From IMG/VR virus record IMGVR_UViG_3300019871_000001, positions 1-56,849 of that record: a stretch of DNA of 56,849 nt. One strand, 5' to 3'. Each line of letters starts with the position of its first letter. Position 1 is the first letter of the stretch. Below, one piece after another: positions 34,882 to 45,863 of this stretch. The DNA comes from a virus (taxonomy: Duplodnaviria; Caudoviricetes). The notes beneath the pieces were generated by a model. It was not told the DNA's origin and did no database searches. It worked only from the letters and a program-made list of their open reading frames with translations. The translations under genes were made by a program, and so were the position numbers.

Positions 34882-35676
34882 ATGACGTTCATTGTGATTG
34901 GTAGCACAGCGGCACGCTATCACTTGGGAGCGGAGTGGCGTGAACCTAAGGACCTAGATATCTTCATGTCCGATCCCATCATTGAACCTGACAGCAAGGT
35001 AGATCAATATTGGGATGACGCAATGTATAACATTTGGCATGAGGATGAGGCACGCCACGCAACGCTTGATGAATTGTATACAATCAAGTTGTCGCACGCA
35101 TATTGGGAATTGAAGAACGGTAGTTGGAATAAGCACATGGCCGATGCTATGCTGTTGAAGCGTGAGGGTGCTGTGCTTATGCCGGACATGCATCGTACAC
35201 TGTATAACATTTGGGAGCGCGACCACGGCAAGAAGACCATTGATCTCAATCAAGACAAGGCGATGTTCTTCGACGATGCTGTGAAGCGCACGTATGATCA
35301 TGACAGCATTCACTACTCTGTGTCATACGACGACGACCCTGTGTACACAACGGTGTTGAAGGACAACAACGAAGTTGCTATTGACATGAACAAGGTCAAG
35401 GCACTACCATTTGAGCGTAAGGTGCAGTTGTACAGGGAAGAGGTGTATGCTACAGCGTTGGAGCGCATCGTGATCCCTAAAAATTACATGTGTTCCCCCA
35501 ACGCTGCCTACTCATGGGCGCTACGGCGCACGATCACACGTCTCACGAAGGGCTGGAGCGCTACGTTCATGGCTGACAACTTCGAGACGTTCCGCAAGCC
35601 AGACGTAAAGTATGTTGACGTTCACAAAAGCAAAGCACACAAGTTGATTAATATTGAGAGGAAGGTTGAGGTATGA
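34882..35676 (+). CDS. nucleotidyltransferase-like phage protein
   Basis: IGSTA...REPKDLD (GS..DxD) N-terminus; YDHDSIH. Confidence 0.55.
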   Translation: MTFIVIGSTAARYHLGAEWREPKDLDIFMSDPIIEPDSKVDQYWDDAMYNIWHEDEARHATLDELYTIKLSHAYWELKNGSWNKHMADAMLLKREGAVLMPDMHRTLYNIWERDHGKKTIDLNQDKAMFFDDAVKRTYDHDSIHYSVSYDDDPVYTTVLKDNNEVAIDMNKVKALPFERKVQLYREEVYATALERIVIPKNYMCSPNAAYSWALRRTITRLTKGWSATFMADNFETFRKPDVKYVDVHKSKAHKLINIERKVEV

Positions 35677-36026
35677 CGCGCACGGATTACACGATCGAGG
35701 AGTTTATTGACGCGCTTGGGCGCACAGTGGTAGGTGTTGAGTACGAAGAGGGAGACTCCGATGGGTATTGGTGGGGTGAGGTCGATTACTCGGACCTTGA
35801 TACCTTCCCGTTTGGTGTTGTTACGATCGTGAGGAATGAGGGTGGAGGTGAGGGAGGCACGGAAAATGTCGAACTAGTTTTGCAGGTAACGCATCCCGAT
35901 ACCACCGAGCGCTATTTTCGAAAGTATGGTTCGTATTTTTCACATGATGGATTTTATTGGGACGGTCCTGTGGAAGAGGTTCGAGCGTATGCTAAGGTCG
36001 TTACAGATTATGCGGTGATTAAGTGA
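35673..36026 (+). CDS. acidic hypothetical protein
   Basis: EGGGEGG...YFRKYGSYFSHDG; resembles the next ORF. Confidence 0.65.
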   Translation: MTRTDYTIEEFIDALGRTVVGVEYEEGDSDGYWWGEVDYSDLDTFPFGVVTIVRNEGGGEGGTENVELVLQVTHPDTTERYFRKYGSYFSHDGFYWDGPVEEVRAYAKVVTDYAVIK

Positions 36027-36364
36027 TGCAGGTTGAGTTGACTGCTAACGTGGCACGTGGTGTGTTGTTGGATTATGCACAGCAGAATGGGGCGTACATC
36101 ACAGATGAGGTGGATGCGTGGGCATGGTGGATGGAGAGGACGCGCAGCATTGACATTCAGGGGGTCACGTTTGAGGTGGTTGACAAGCGTGAGGGCAATG
36201 ACAGTGATGGTGATGAGATGTTCGTCGTGTTCAAGGTCAGTACGGAGTGGGAGGTGGCGAAGTTCTTCAGTTTGAAGGGCACCTACCGATCCTATGGGGA
36301 GACACAGTGGGGCGCTATGGTCGAGGCGCAAGCACGCACGAAGACCATCATCGAGTACTATTGA
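36023..36364 (+). CDS. hypothetical protein, paralog-like to 35673
   Basis: VVFKV...FFSLKGTYRSYG...W...E. Confidence 0.65.
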   Translation: MMQVELTANVARGVLLDYAQQNGAYITDEVDAWAWWMERTRSIDIQGVTFEVVDKREGNDSDGDEMFVVFKVSTEWEVAKFFSLKGTYRSYGETQWGAMVEAQARTKTIIEYY

Positions 36365-36860
36365 GTTGCGCGGGGCATCTTCACACGCGGAGATGCCCCG
36401 TCCGACCCCCCTATTCGCCCCTACGGCTTGCGTAAATAGCGCCGGAGGGTTAGGATACCTAACATGACATTCGACGCCTGAGATTTTGATTGAGAAATGA
36501 GGGTTTATGACCAGCACAAAGCTCACAGTGTGGTACGATAGACTTGACAACGAACGATCTGTGTTCGAACTGAATATTAATGATCGTTCGTTGGTTGAAA
36601 TTTTGCTAGGAGATTTATGGTTCAGTGTGGTTGGTAGTAAGACAGGTAAGGTTTACTTTGCGTGCCCACGTGAACACATTATCAGCGTGAAGGAGCACTG
36701 ACACATGCCACCGAAGGCCGTACGTTTCCGTGTAGAATTCAAGGACACGATCATGAACACGTGGCGTGCCCTTGCCGTAGGGTTGACGCGCAAAGATGCT
36801 GAAACGTTGCGTAAGATTGTTACGTTGTACGACACGCGCATGAAGGAAGAGGACTGACGT

Positions 36861-37481
36861 ATGGATTTTGAACGCGCCAAGCAAGCACAAACGTACATCC
36901 ACCAGCAAACTGCAATTTTGGTGGAGGAGGCGTATCATAACGACAAAGCAATCGAGCGACAGAAGAAAACTATCGAGGGGTTGCAGAAGCAAATCGAGAT
37001 TCTTGCTGAACACCCTACCGAAGTTCAATTCAGGGGCCTGCTTGATAAGATCGATGACCTACAGGCGCAGGTGTACAAGCACCGTGAGTATGGGCGTCTT
37101 AAGGATGCAGCGAAGATGAAGGTTGAGGAGAAGTGGAGGAGCGCTGAGATTCAGGTTGAGCGCTTGTTGCAGGCTACACAGGACGTCGACATCCTTAGGC
37201 ACGAAGTGACACGCCTGAAGGAACTGAACGAAACGCAAGCCATTGCGTACCAAGCCCTTGAACGCACCATCGTCATGAACAAGAGCACGGCAGGGTATAT
37301 CAAGGACCAAATTTACAACCTTGAGACTGAACAGTCGTTGAAGAAGAAGATTCAGGGGTTGGATTTAGCGCTAGAGGATGCCATGCAGTCAGGGGCAGAG
37401 TTTCAGCGCTTGTATTTGGCGGAGGTTCAGAAGACTAAGCGTGTTCTGGATGCAGCGAATGGGGTTCATGACACATGGTGA
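36861..37481 (+). CDS. coiled-coil protein
   Basis: Heptad-rich, 206 aa. Confidence 0.65.
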   Translation: MDFERAKQAQTYIHQQTAILVEEAYHNDKAIERQKKTIEGLQKQIEILAEHPTEVQFRGLLDKIDDLQAQVYKHREYGRLKDAAKMKVEEKWRSAEIQVERLLQATQDVDILRHEVTRLKELNETQAIAYQALERTIVMNKSTAGYIKDQIYNLETEQSLKKKIQGLDLALEDAMQSGAEFQRLYLAEVQKTKRVLDAANGVHDTW

Positions 37482-37885
37482 CACGCGCATCGTGGGATCA
37501 GTACTTCATGCTGTTAGCGGAGCAGGCAGCGACACGTAGCACATGTTCACGTCTGCATGTCGGCGCTGTTGTTGTGCGTGCACGTCAGGTTGTCAGCACA
37601 GGGTATAATGGTGCGCCTAAGGGTATGGATCATTGTGTGCATACAGTGGACGCCCCATGTGAGATTAGTGTGCACGCTGAGGCGAACGCTTTGCTACACG
37701 ACAAAACCCCAGAGTACGGTGACATTGATAAGGTGATGTATGTCACACACGCTCCATGCTACGGGTGTGCTAAACTCATTTTGAACGCTGACATTGGTGG
37801 CGTGTTTTATGGCGCTGAGTATGGTAGCGGGAGTGGGTTGGTGTTGTTGGAAGAGGGAGGGTTGTACGTTGGGCGAGTGGCGTGA
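37475..37885 (+). CDS. dCMP deaminase
   Basis: RSTC, VGAV, TGYNG, HAEANA, PCYGC. Confidence 0.92.
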   Translation: MVTRASWDQYFMLLAEQAATRSTCSRLHVGAVVVRARQVVSTGYNGAPKGMDHCVHTVDAPCEISVHAEANALLHDKTPEYGDIDKVMYVTHAPCYGCAKLILNADIGGVFYGAEYGSGSGLVLLEEGGLYVGRVA

Positions 37886-38741
37886 TGTTGAGAACGAACG
37901 CTTGGTGCGTGCTGTTGAGCACCCTGTGAAGGCGGTCGCGGCGTTATCATCGTTGGTCGAGACTTTGAATCAGATGATTGATAACGAACAGATCACGGAT
38001 AAATCACAGTTTGTCATCGTTCAGGGTTTGTTGGAAGCAAGGGCCTTGATGAAGAACATGCGACATGATATTATTAGGACGTACGGAGTGATCAACAATG
38101 ATGAGAGTGAAGGAGTTTAACATGCAGCGACAGATTTGGCGCATCGTTGACGCGCAGGGCAACACCGTTAAGAACATCGGCCGTGGGAAGGGCCTGTACT
38201 TTACGGAGCAGGACGCTAAGGGCACCGCGACACAGTTCAATAACACACAGGTGCTTGAGCACGGCAAGGTTGTACAGCTTGAGGGCGCCCCGTTCCGTGC
38301 TGAGTTCAGCGGGAACATCGAGTACTGATATGAGCGATGTTCCTGTTGAGATGGGAGAGGTGTGGCGTATTGTCGATGCGAACGGAGATGTTTCATTTAT
38401 CAATCGCTACTATAATCGCGTGCAGCCGTTCTACGGCACTGAGGTGGCAGCGAAGCGTGCGCTACAGCATTTCAAAAAGGGTTCGCGCATTCAAAAGGGG
38501 TACGTTGAGTGGAGGGAAGTTTGATGGAGAAGCGTAGCATTGAAGAAACGTACGATGACTTCGCTGAGGGCGCGGAGTTTGTGACAGCGGAGGGTTATGT
38601 TGACCCTGAGGACATCGAGGATCAAGAGTTGTCACGCCTCTATGAATATGTGGTTGCTGCGTACAGTAACTACATGAACACTATCGGTGAGTTCACCTCA
38701 GTGTTGGATCAGAAGTACGCTGAAACTAAGTAATGAATTTG

Positions 38742-38780
38742 AAGGGGACGTGTGTCATGTGATGCGCGTCCCCTTCCCTT
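38742..38780 (+). terminator. hairpin/terminator
   Basis: AAGGGGACGTGTGTCA/TGATGCGCGTCCCCTT. Confidence 0.6.
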
Positions 38781-39228
38781 TATGGTAGGGATGTGTTACG
38801 ATGAAACTATACAGGATCAAGGACGCACGCGGCAACGTCATTCGTAGTCGAGAATCCAATGGGTATTATGACGAGAAAATTAGTGCCGAGCGCGCGGTGA
38901 AGCAACTGAAGAATCGTTTTGATTCCTATCCGCCACATGTTATTGAGGAGACGGAGGTGAGTTGGGGTGTCAGTGATTGATGCTTTCAATTTGTTCATGT
39001 ATGGTACGATCACGATGTTGGCGTGGAATGCATGGGCACCGTTTGTTACGTTTTACAATAGGGTGGTGATTGAACTTGAGCATCTTGCGCGAGCGCGAGG
39101 CTGAGGTTAAGGAAGTTATATACAGCATGTTGTTGAGCGCACCACAGAGCAGTCCTAATTATGCAACACAGGTGCTGTATGGTATGCTTGAGGAATACAT
39201 CAAAGAGGACGATTAAGGAGGACGTAGG

Positions 39229-40335
39229 GTGAAGTTGCACGAACTGTTTGACATGGATTTGTTTTATGAGATGCGTCAGGCAGGGTTTGTCAAGGCACAA
39301 CGACACCCTACGTTCCCTGACGTTCTCGTGATTCTCAACTACACCGCAAAGGCACAACAGAACTATCATTGGAATGACGTTACGGAACAATGTCGTGGCC
39401 TGATTTACAACCCCATGACACTTGACGTTGTAGCCCTCCCGTTCCGTAAGTTCTACAACTACAACGAAGCACAGGCACCTACAATCGCAGGTGATGAAGA
39501 GATCACAGCATTCGATAAGATGGATGGCTCGTTGGGTATCGTTTACATGGCACCTGATGAGGTGTTACGTGTCGCTACGCGGGGTAGTTTCACGAGTGAC
39601 CAGGCGCTTTGGGCGACGCAATGGTTGTGGGACAACATTGGGAAGACATGGCAGGAGGCGCACGGGAATGGATATGAGTGGCGTCCTTACATGACGGACA
39701 TGTTTGAGATCATTTACCCTGACAATCGTATTGTTGTAGGGTATGGAGGCTACGAAGGTTTGGTTTATATTGGGTCACGAAGTATTGAGTCCGGACAGTT
39801 CGCTCTCGATGAGGGAGCTTGGGAAGGACGTAAAGCAGAACGACTTTATGAGGGGAAGTTCAGCGGCCTGTTCAACCTGCCCGATCGTGCTAACGCTGAA
39901 GGCTTCGTGGTCGTCACAGATGATGAGCGCAGGGTCAAGGTGAAGTATGATGAGTACGTGAGGATGCACCGTATCGTGTCGCACCTATCGGAGAAGTATG
40001 TGTGGGAATACTTAGGTGGCCCTTCGCCTTTACGGGCAGACGAACTGGCGCGTGACATCCCTGAGGAACACGCTGAGTGGGTGCGCGACGTGTCCAATGA
40101 TTTGTTTGGGAAGTACATGACGCACGCTATGTACATCAACGAAGTTACGCAGCGCATTGCGAAGATGACAACGCGTAAGGAGAAGGCCATCAGCATTAAG
40201 GATGAGCCTAATTGGGTTCGAGCATCTATCTTCGCTAACCTTGACAAGAAGGACTACGTTGGGATAGTGTGGAAGAGCATCAAGCCAACGTCGAATGATG
40301 ATGAAGAGGGAGATGTTCATGGCGAAGTTGATTAA
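39229..40335 (+). CDS. RNA ligase, T4 Rnl1-like
   Basis: CRGLI, PFRKFYN, KMDGSLG, ATRGSF, FEIIYP, EGFVV, RVKVK. Confidence 0.9.
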   Translation: MKLHELFDMDLFYEMRQAGFVKAQRHPTFPDVLVILNYTAKAQQNYHWNDVTEQCRGLIYNPMTLDVVALPFRKFYNYNEAQAPTIAGDEEITAFDKMDGSLGIVYMAPDEVLRVATRGSFTSDQALWATQWLWDNIGKTWQEAHGNGYEWRPYMTDMFEIIYPDNRIVVGYGGYEGLVYIGSRSIESGQFALDEGAWEGRKAERLYEGKFSGLFNLPDRANAEGFVVVTDDERRVKVKYDEYVRMHRIVSHLSEKYVWEYLGGPSPLRADELARDIPEEHAEWVRDVSNDLFGKYMTHAMYINEVTQRIAKMTTRKEKAISIKDEPNWVRASIFANLDKKDYVGIVWKSIKPTSNDDEEGDVHGEVD

Positions 40336-40773
40336 ATCACGCTTCGGGGTTCATACGTTTTACAACACCGGGAAAGACCGTACGGTGTGGTATGGTACGC
40401 CTGAGGCACAGGACGCAGCCCACAAACGTGAGCAAGCGTTGATTGGGAAGAAGCCCAGCGACGTGAAGTACGCTAAGAAAATTCGACGTTCTTAAGGAGA
40501 GTGCAATGACGACTGACGAATTGGTGCAGAATGTAATCGATCAGTTCCTTGCGAATGATGGTATGCTTGGTGCCATTGATGAGTTTGTGCGCATCGTAGC
40601 CAAGGAAGAGTTTGTGTTTGGCACATTTGTTACGTACAGCGTAGCGTTGAACAATGAAACTTTCGATGTTCGATACGTCCGAGTTCGTTGGGACGAAGAG
40701 CGCGATGAGTTTCTGGCGGCAGTAGAGGTGTTCCCTGTTACTGTGGTGAAGACTGAGTATAGGGAGAAGTGAT

Positions 40774-41070
40774 ATGCCTATGTGGAGGAAGCGGCCTGTA
40801 GTAATTGAGGCGCGGCAGTGGTTGCGTGGTCCTGCTGAAGCGTCACGTATCATCAATTGGGTGTTGGCTAATGGAGGTACGGCACGTTACATTGATTACG
40901 ATGAGAATGGGCAGCAGGAATTTGAGTTCATCGAAATTGATACGTTGGAGGGTAGCATCAATGCGTCCCCTGGTGACTTCATCATCAAGGGCGTGAAGGA
41001 CGAATTTTATCCCTGCAAACCTGACATCTTTCACCTGACATACGAGTTCTACGACGTAGTAGGAGGTTGA
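40774..41070 (+). CDS. PGDYG-like phage protein (possible nucleotide-signal sponge)
   Basis: RKRPVVIEARQW...TLEG...PGDFIIKGVKDEFYPCKPDIF. Confidence 0.6.
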   Translation: MPMWRKRPVVIEARQWLRGPAEASRIINWVLANGGTARYIDYDENGQQEFEFIEIDTLEGSINASPGDFIIKGVKDEFYPCKPDIFHLTYEFYDVVGG

Positions 41071-41309
41071 TGTGGCTAAGCGCTCACAAACTGAACCGAT
41101 GTATATCACCGTAAGTGCGGAGTCGTTGTTCACGTTGGTTCAGGACCTGAAACGTGCACGCGAGAAGCGTCTAGGGCATTATTACTATGACGTATCGTTC
41201 TCTATCCTTTCAGAGGATGACGATGTGGTTGTGGTATTGTCAGGTGATTGGGTTGACGCGCTTAGCGAGAGGGTTGAGCGCGACGCGTTGCATAGGAGGT
41301 ACAGGCGTA

Positions 41310-42269
41310 GTGGGTAACTTAGTAATCTTTAGGGGACTTCCTGCTTCCGGGAAGAATTACATGGCGGAACGTATGGCGGAGCAGCATGGTGGGCGCATCG
41401 TTGATAGGGACATGGTGCGCCACATGCTCTACCAAACCTACTGGAACCCTGAGCGCATCGATGAGAAGGTGGTGACGGAGACGCAAAGCCTGTTGATTGA
41501 TGCGGGGTTGCGTTACGGGGAGAACGTGTACGTCCCTGACATGAACCTACGCAATCAGTATGTGACAAGGTTGATTGCACAGGCGAAGGCACTTAACAGC
41601 ACGTGGGCAATCGTAGATCTCACTGATGTTGATCTTGATGTGTGCTTGGCGCGTAACGAAGGGCTTGCACGTCGATTGAAGGGTAAGACAGTTGAGCGTG
41701 ATGTCATTCGTGGTTTGTATGAGCGTTACATCAAGGGGCGCGCCCACCCCCTTCCCGTTACATTGTCAGAGAGTAAGCGTAACGGCACGAAGCGTGAAGT
41801 GTACGTGCCTGACGTCACAAAACCTGACGCTATCATCGTTGACATTGATGGTACTGTGGCACGTATGAAGGATCGTGGTCCTTTTGATGAGCACTTGGTG
41901 TCGCAGGATGAATTGATTGAGCCTGTTGCTGAGATGGTGAAGAGCGCTATGAATTCGGATGTTGTAGTATTGTTCATGTCAGGACGCACGGACGCGTGCT
42001 TTGATGCTACCGCCAGTTGGTTGACTGAGAAGATGCCTTGGCTTAATGATTACGATGACGTTTTCATGGCATGTAAGTGGGACTTGCACATGCGACGTAG
42101 CGTCGAAGATCGAGGGCGTCCCGACGATGATGTGAAGTATGATTTGTTCATGCGCGAGGTTGCGCCACACTATAATGTGCTGTACACTATCGATGACAGG
42201 GATAAGGTAGTGAAGATGTGGAGGGAAGTGGGGTTGACATGCGCACAGGTAGCTTATGGGGACTTCTGA
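41310..42269 (+). CDS. polynucleotide kinase / 3'-phosphatase (T4 PseT-like)
   Basis: GLPASGK P-loop, DRDMVR; HAD DIDGT, SGR, DDR. Confidence 0.92.
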   Translation: MGNLVIFRGLPASGKNYMAERMAEQHGGRIVDRDMVRHMLYQTYWNPERIDEKVVTETQSLLIDAGLRYGENVYVPDMNLRNQYVTRLIAQAKALNSTWAIVDLTDVDLDVCLARNEGLARRLKGKTVERDVIRGLYERYIKGRAHPLPVTLSESKRNGTKREVYVPDVTKPDAIIVDIDGTVARMKDRGPFDEHLVSQDELIEPVAEMVKSAMNSDVVVLFMSGRTDACFDATASWLTEKMPWLNDYDDVFMACKWDLHMRRSVEDRGRPDDDVKYDLFMREVAPHYNVLYTIDDRDKVVKMWREVGLTCAQVAYGDF

Positions 42270-42548
42270 TCACTGCAACTTTAGGGTTGACAGCATGTGG
42301 TCCTGCAACTAATGTCACAGGTGAGACACATTCACCTTTACCTGAACCTGTATGTTGTCCGCTTGATGATGGACATGGTGAGAAGCTTGATCAACCTTTC
42401 GAATTTCCTGCTGTTAATGTGTTTTGTTCGCATGGATTTAGGGTGTTCCAGACGTACGTAGCAAAGGGGACAAGCAGCAACTCAGGTACGGCAGTATCAA
42501 TTACTGCGCAACCTGACGTTATGTGCCCGAAATACTAAAGGAGGCAAT

Positions 42549-42941
42549 ATGAAAAAGATTTTCGCAGGAGTTGCAGCTGCAATTGTGATTGGGGTCACAC
42601 TCACGGGGTGTACGAGCGCCGCAGACATGGCCAATGAAAACCTCAGCAAGGCAGCGGATAACTTTGAGGTGCCACGTCGTATCGTTGGCATCAATGGCAT
42701 CACCGACAAAGTACTCTTCAGTGTTGAAGGCTTTTGTTCCCTCACGAATGATGGAGCAAAGCTTGACGTTCTGTGCAAGGTGAGCAATGATGGTAGTGTT
42801 GAGCGCACGACGCTTGGGCTTAGTGACAACGTGACCTATGTGTCGACGCAGATGGGCGGTAAGAAGGTGGACATGTTCCGTCCACGCATCATCTTCCGCC
42901 CTGAAACCATCATCCCGAACTTCGAACTGAGCACGAGCTAA
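42549..42941 (+). CDS. lipoprotein
   Basis: Signal peptide with LTGC lipobox; NLSKAADNFEVPRRIV family. Confidence 0.75.
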   Translation: MKKIFAGVAAAIVIGVTLTGCTSAADMANENLSKAADNFEVPRRIVGINGITDKVLFSVEGFCSLTNDGAKLDVLCKVSNDGSVERTTLGLSDNVTYVSTQMGGKKVDMFRPRIIFRPETIIPNFELSTS

Positions 42942-43118
42942 GGGGAATGTGATGCGTGAAGATCGTTACATGGTGGAGCAGCTCTTCAAAAACCACCTTC
43001 TTGAGTGGGAGTGGCAGATTGTATACACTAGCGAAAATTACGTTGACGCGCTAGGTGAGTGGCAGCGTGCGTCACAGTTTGGCAGGAAAGTGCGCCTGAC
43101 AGACACGCAAAGTAAGGG

Positions 43119-43147
43119 TTGACATCGTGGGGTGTTCGTTGTACTGT
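43119..43147 (+). promoter_or_regulatory. sigmaA-type promoter
   Basis: TTGACA-17nt-TACTGT. Confidence 0.6.
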
Positions 43148-43411
43148 GAAGGGACAGAGCAACGAACACCCCATACTTAGTTTGAGGAGGCGCAATGTCA
43201 GAGGTAAAAGCGACACAGATCAACGGCACAGCATTTGTCACACTCGATTCACTACGTGAAATTTATTTCGAGGAGTCACGTAAATCGGCAGGATATGACA
43301 CTGAACTGTTGGGCGCTATCATCGAAACCGTAGATGAGATTGCTCAGGAACAAGCGTGGGGTAAGAAGGTACGTCGCGCCTGGAATCGTTGGTAAAGAGA
43401 GGAGCAACGAT

Positions 43412-44083
43412 ATGACGTTTGAGTTTCGTAACTATGGTAAGATCCCGCGCTGGGTTAATGAACATGTGTGGGTGTCGGAAAAGATTGACGGAAGTAACAG
43501 CTGTGTTGTAATTGAGAAGCTTACCACGGCAGAGGTTACGTATTTTTGGGGCATTCAAGCTCCCGACGCGGTGAAGTTCTTGTATTTTAAGGACGAAGCA
43601 TACGTAGTGCGTGCTCAGTCACGTAACAAGTTCATCACGCCCGGTAAGGGCAAGGATAACTTTGGCTTTGCACAGTACGTGCTTGACAATGCTGATGCGT
43701 TGGTGAGTGTGCTTGGTGTGGGCTACCACTATGGGGAATACTATGGTAGTGGCATTCAGTCAGGGTATGGGTTGCTGACCGGGGAGAAGCACTTCGCCTT
43801 GTTCCCGACGCATCGCGTCTCTCGACTCAGCGACAATTTCGAACAGATCATGAGCATTCCTGGGCTTGAGATCGCCCCTGAGCTGTACGAAGGTCCGTTC
43901 GGTGAGGGTAATTGCATTGAGGACTGCCTGAACCTCTTGCGTGAGAATGGGAGCTTCGCACACTCCGCGCGAGGGTTTGCGCGACCCGAGGGTGTTGTGG
44001 TACAGTTCAAGTTGTCAGGTGCGCGGTACAAGGCTTTTGTAGTGGAGGATGGACCTAAGACTTTGAAGGAAGGGCGTGTATAA
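43412..44083 (+). CDS. RNA ligase, Rnl2-like adenylyltransferase domain
   Basis: SEKIDGSN, QSR, GEYYGSGIQ, PEGVVV. Confidence 0.8.
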   Translation: MTFEFRNYGKIPRWVNEHVWVSEKIDGSNSCVVIEKLTTAEVTYFWGIQAPDAVKFLYFKDEAYVVRAQSRNKFITPGKGKDNFGFAQYVLDNADALVSVLGVGYHYGEYYGSGIQSGYGLLTGEKHFALFPTHRVSRLSDNFEQIMSIPGLEIAPELYEGPFGEGNCIEDCLNLLRENGSFAHSARGFARPEGVVVQFKLSGARYKAFVVEDGPKTLKEGRV

Positions 44084-44388
44084 TGGCGAATGAGGATGAG
44101 CTTTTTGATAGCGTGAATGATGTGTTGACAGGTAACATTTGGGAAACGGCACTTGCTGCTGTCTTGGCGGAACGCAAGGATTTTAGGGTGTTCGTGCCGC
44201 ACATTGCAAGTGCTACAGTTCTTCAGGGTGATTTGCGCGTGCGCGTGACGAATGTTGAGGGCGGAATGGTGCTGGAGATCGAGTACCCTGACGGCGAGAG
44301 CGCTCTGGAGAAGATTGATAAGATTAAGGAAGCGACAGGCGTTGATTTGCGTGCTAACATCAAGTGGCGCACGGAGTAAAGATAATTG

Positions 44389-44433
44389 AGAGGGGTGCCC
44401 CAAAGGTGAAAAACACTTTTGGGGCATTCCTCT
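44389..44433. terminator. long hairpin
   Basis: AGAGGGGTGCCCCAAAGGTG/CACTTTTGGGGCATTCCTCT. Confidence 0.6.
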
Positions 44434-44957
44434 AAAAATTTCGCTGAGGGTTTGAAAGGGGATTTTCGTGAAGAACGTGCAGCACACGCGCGGCAACATT
44501 CAACGTGTTGGTGGGAGGGTGCAACAGGGCGCGAGTAAAGACACAAAAGCGCAATTGAAATGGTGGGAGGCGTATGCGGCATTTCTCAAGGAAATTCACG
44601 ATGACCCACGTGTCTATTGCAAATGTAAAGGTCCGCTATGGTGAAGCGCAGCGTCCCCGAACCACGTAACGTGCACGCAACATCGTGTAAAGTATGGAGG
44701 AACAATGATAGGTGTGATTGTGGAGGATGGAGGAAAACGAAGAATGAGCGACTTCGACCCAAAAAATGATTACATGATCTCAGAGAACCCTGAGGCGCGC
44801 ATGATGGCGATGTTACTTGGGATTGTGCTGAGTAAGACGGGCCCCATGTTTGTTAGCATTGAGGACGTGATGCTCTACAAGAGCGCCGAATTGATCCCTG
44901 ATGTGCAGCAGCAAGAGGACACACATGGATTTGTGTTTAGATTGGTGGAGCGCCCTG

Positions 44958-45485
44958 ATGCCAGTTAGCCATCACGAAGGAAAATCTTTCATTTGCGACC
45001 GTCTTATACGAGACAACCCCATTGACATTCTCGACGTAGGGCCGGGGGAAGGCATATATAGCATCTTGATGCGTCCTGAGTTGGATTATGGGGCGTATTG
45101 GGAGTGTGTTGAGGTGTGGGAGCCGTACGTCAAGAAATTTGACTTAGAGAGCAAATATGACAGTGTTATCGTTGATGACGTACGCAACCTAACGCCTTGG
45201 CAATTTATGCGCGATGTTGTCATTTTTGGTGATGTCATCGAACACTTGCCGCGTGATGAGGGTGTAGAGGTGCTTGAGCGCGCTAAGGAACGCGCGGAAA
45301 TTGTGATCGTATCAATTCCTATTGTTCACATGCCACAGGGCGCGTATCAAGGCAACCCGCATGAGGCGCACTTGGCGCATTATACGTTTGAAGAGATGTA
45401 TGATATTATGTCGCCGTGTGAGACGTTCCGTGGGGATGTGTTGGGTGTGTTTTATTGGAAGCGTGAGGTGGAGTATGACGTTTGA
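44958..45485 (+). CDS. class I SAM-dependent methyltransferase
   Basis: ILDVGPGEG; DVVIFGDVIEHL. Confidence 0.85.
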   Translation: MPVSHHEGKSFICDRLIRDNPIDILDVGPGEGIYSILMRPELDYGAYWECVEVWEPYVKKFDLESKYDSVIVDDVRNLTPWQFMRDVVIFGDVIEHLPRDEGVEVLERAKERAEIVIVSIPIVHMPQGAYQGNPHEAHLAHYTFEEMYDIMSPCETFRGDVLGVFYWKREVEYDV

Positions 45486-45557
45486 CGAGAAGGATATTAA
45501 GAAGAGTGTTAAGAAGGCTCTAAAAAAGGTGCAGAAGAAGGAAAAGAAGGAGGGTAA

Positions 45558-45863
45558 GTGAAATTTAAAAACAAATCACATTCTGTACTGCCTTCAGCAC
45601 CAGAACCAGCAATGCGCTTCATGAGTAAAGAAATAGACATCCCTCCTTGGTCGGGAAATCCTTGTGTGAAATGTGAATGTGAAGACATCGAAATCTTATA
45701 CTGCACGTCTTCATCAGGAAATGAACACTGGACCTATATAGATGACCACCCCACCAAAGTTGTTACTTTCTACGATGAACATTTACGTTTGAAATGCAAC
45801 CAGTGTAAATATTCGTGGAGGGAGAGGTGTAAGGATGCTGAAGCTCCTGTTCACGATGCTTGA
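45558..45863 (+). CDS. Zn-ribbon hypothetical protein
   Basis: CVKC ... CNQC. Confidence 0.55.
   Translation: MKFKNKSHSVLPSAPEPAMRFMSKEIDIPPWSGNPCVKCECEDIEILYCTSSSGNEHWTYIDDHPTKVVTFYDEHLRLKCNQCKYSWRERCKDAEAPVHDA

Noticed and set aside
42549-42941. Recombination directionality factor label sometimes given to this family
   Set aside because: Has a lipobox signal peptide and there is no integrase; treated as a lipoprotein
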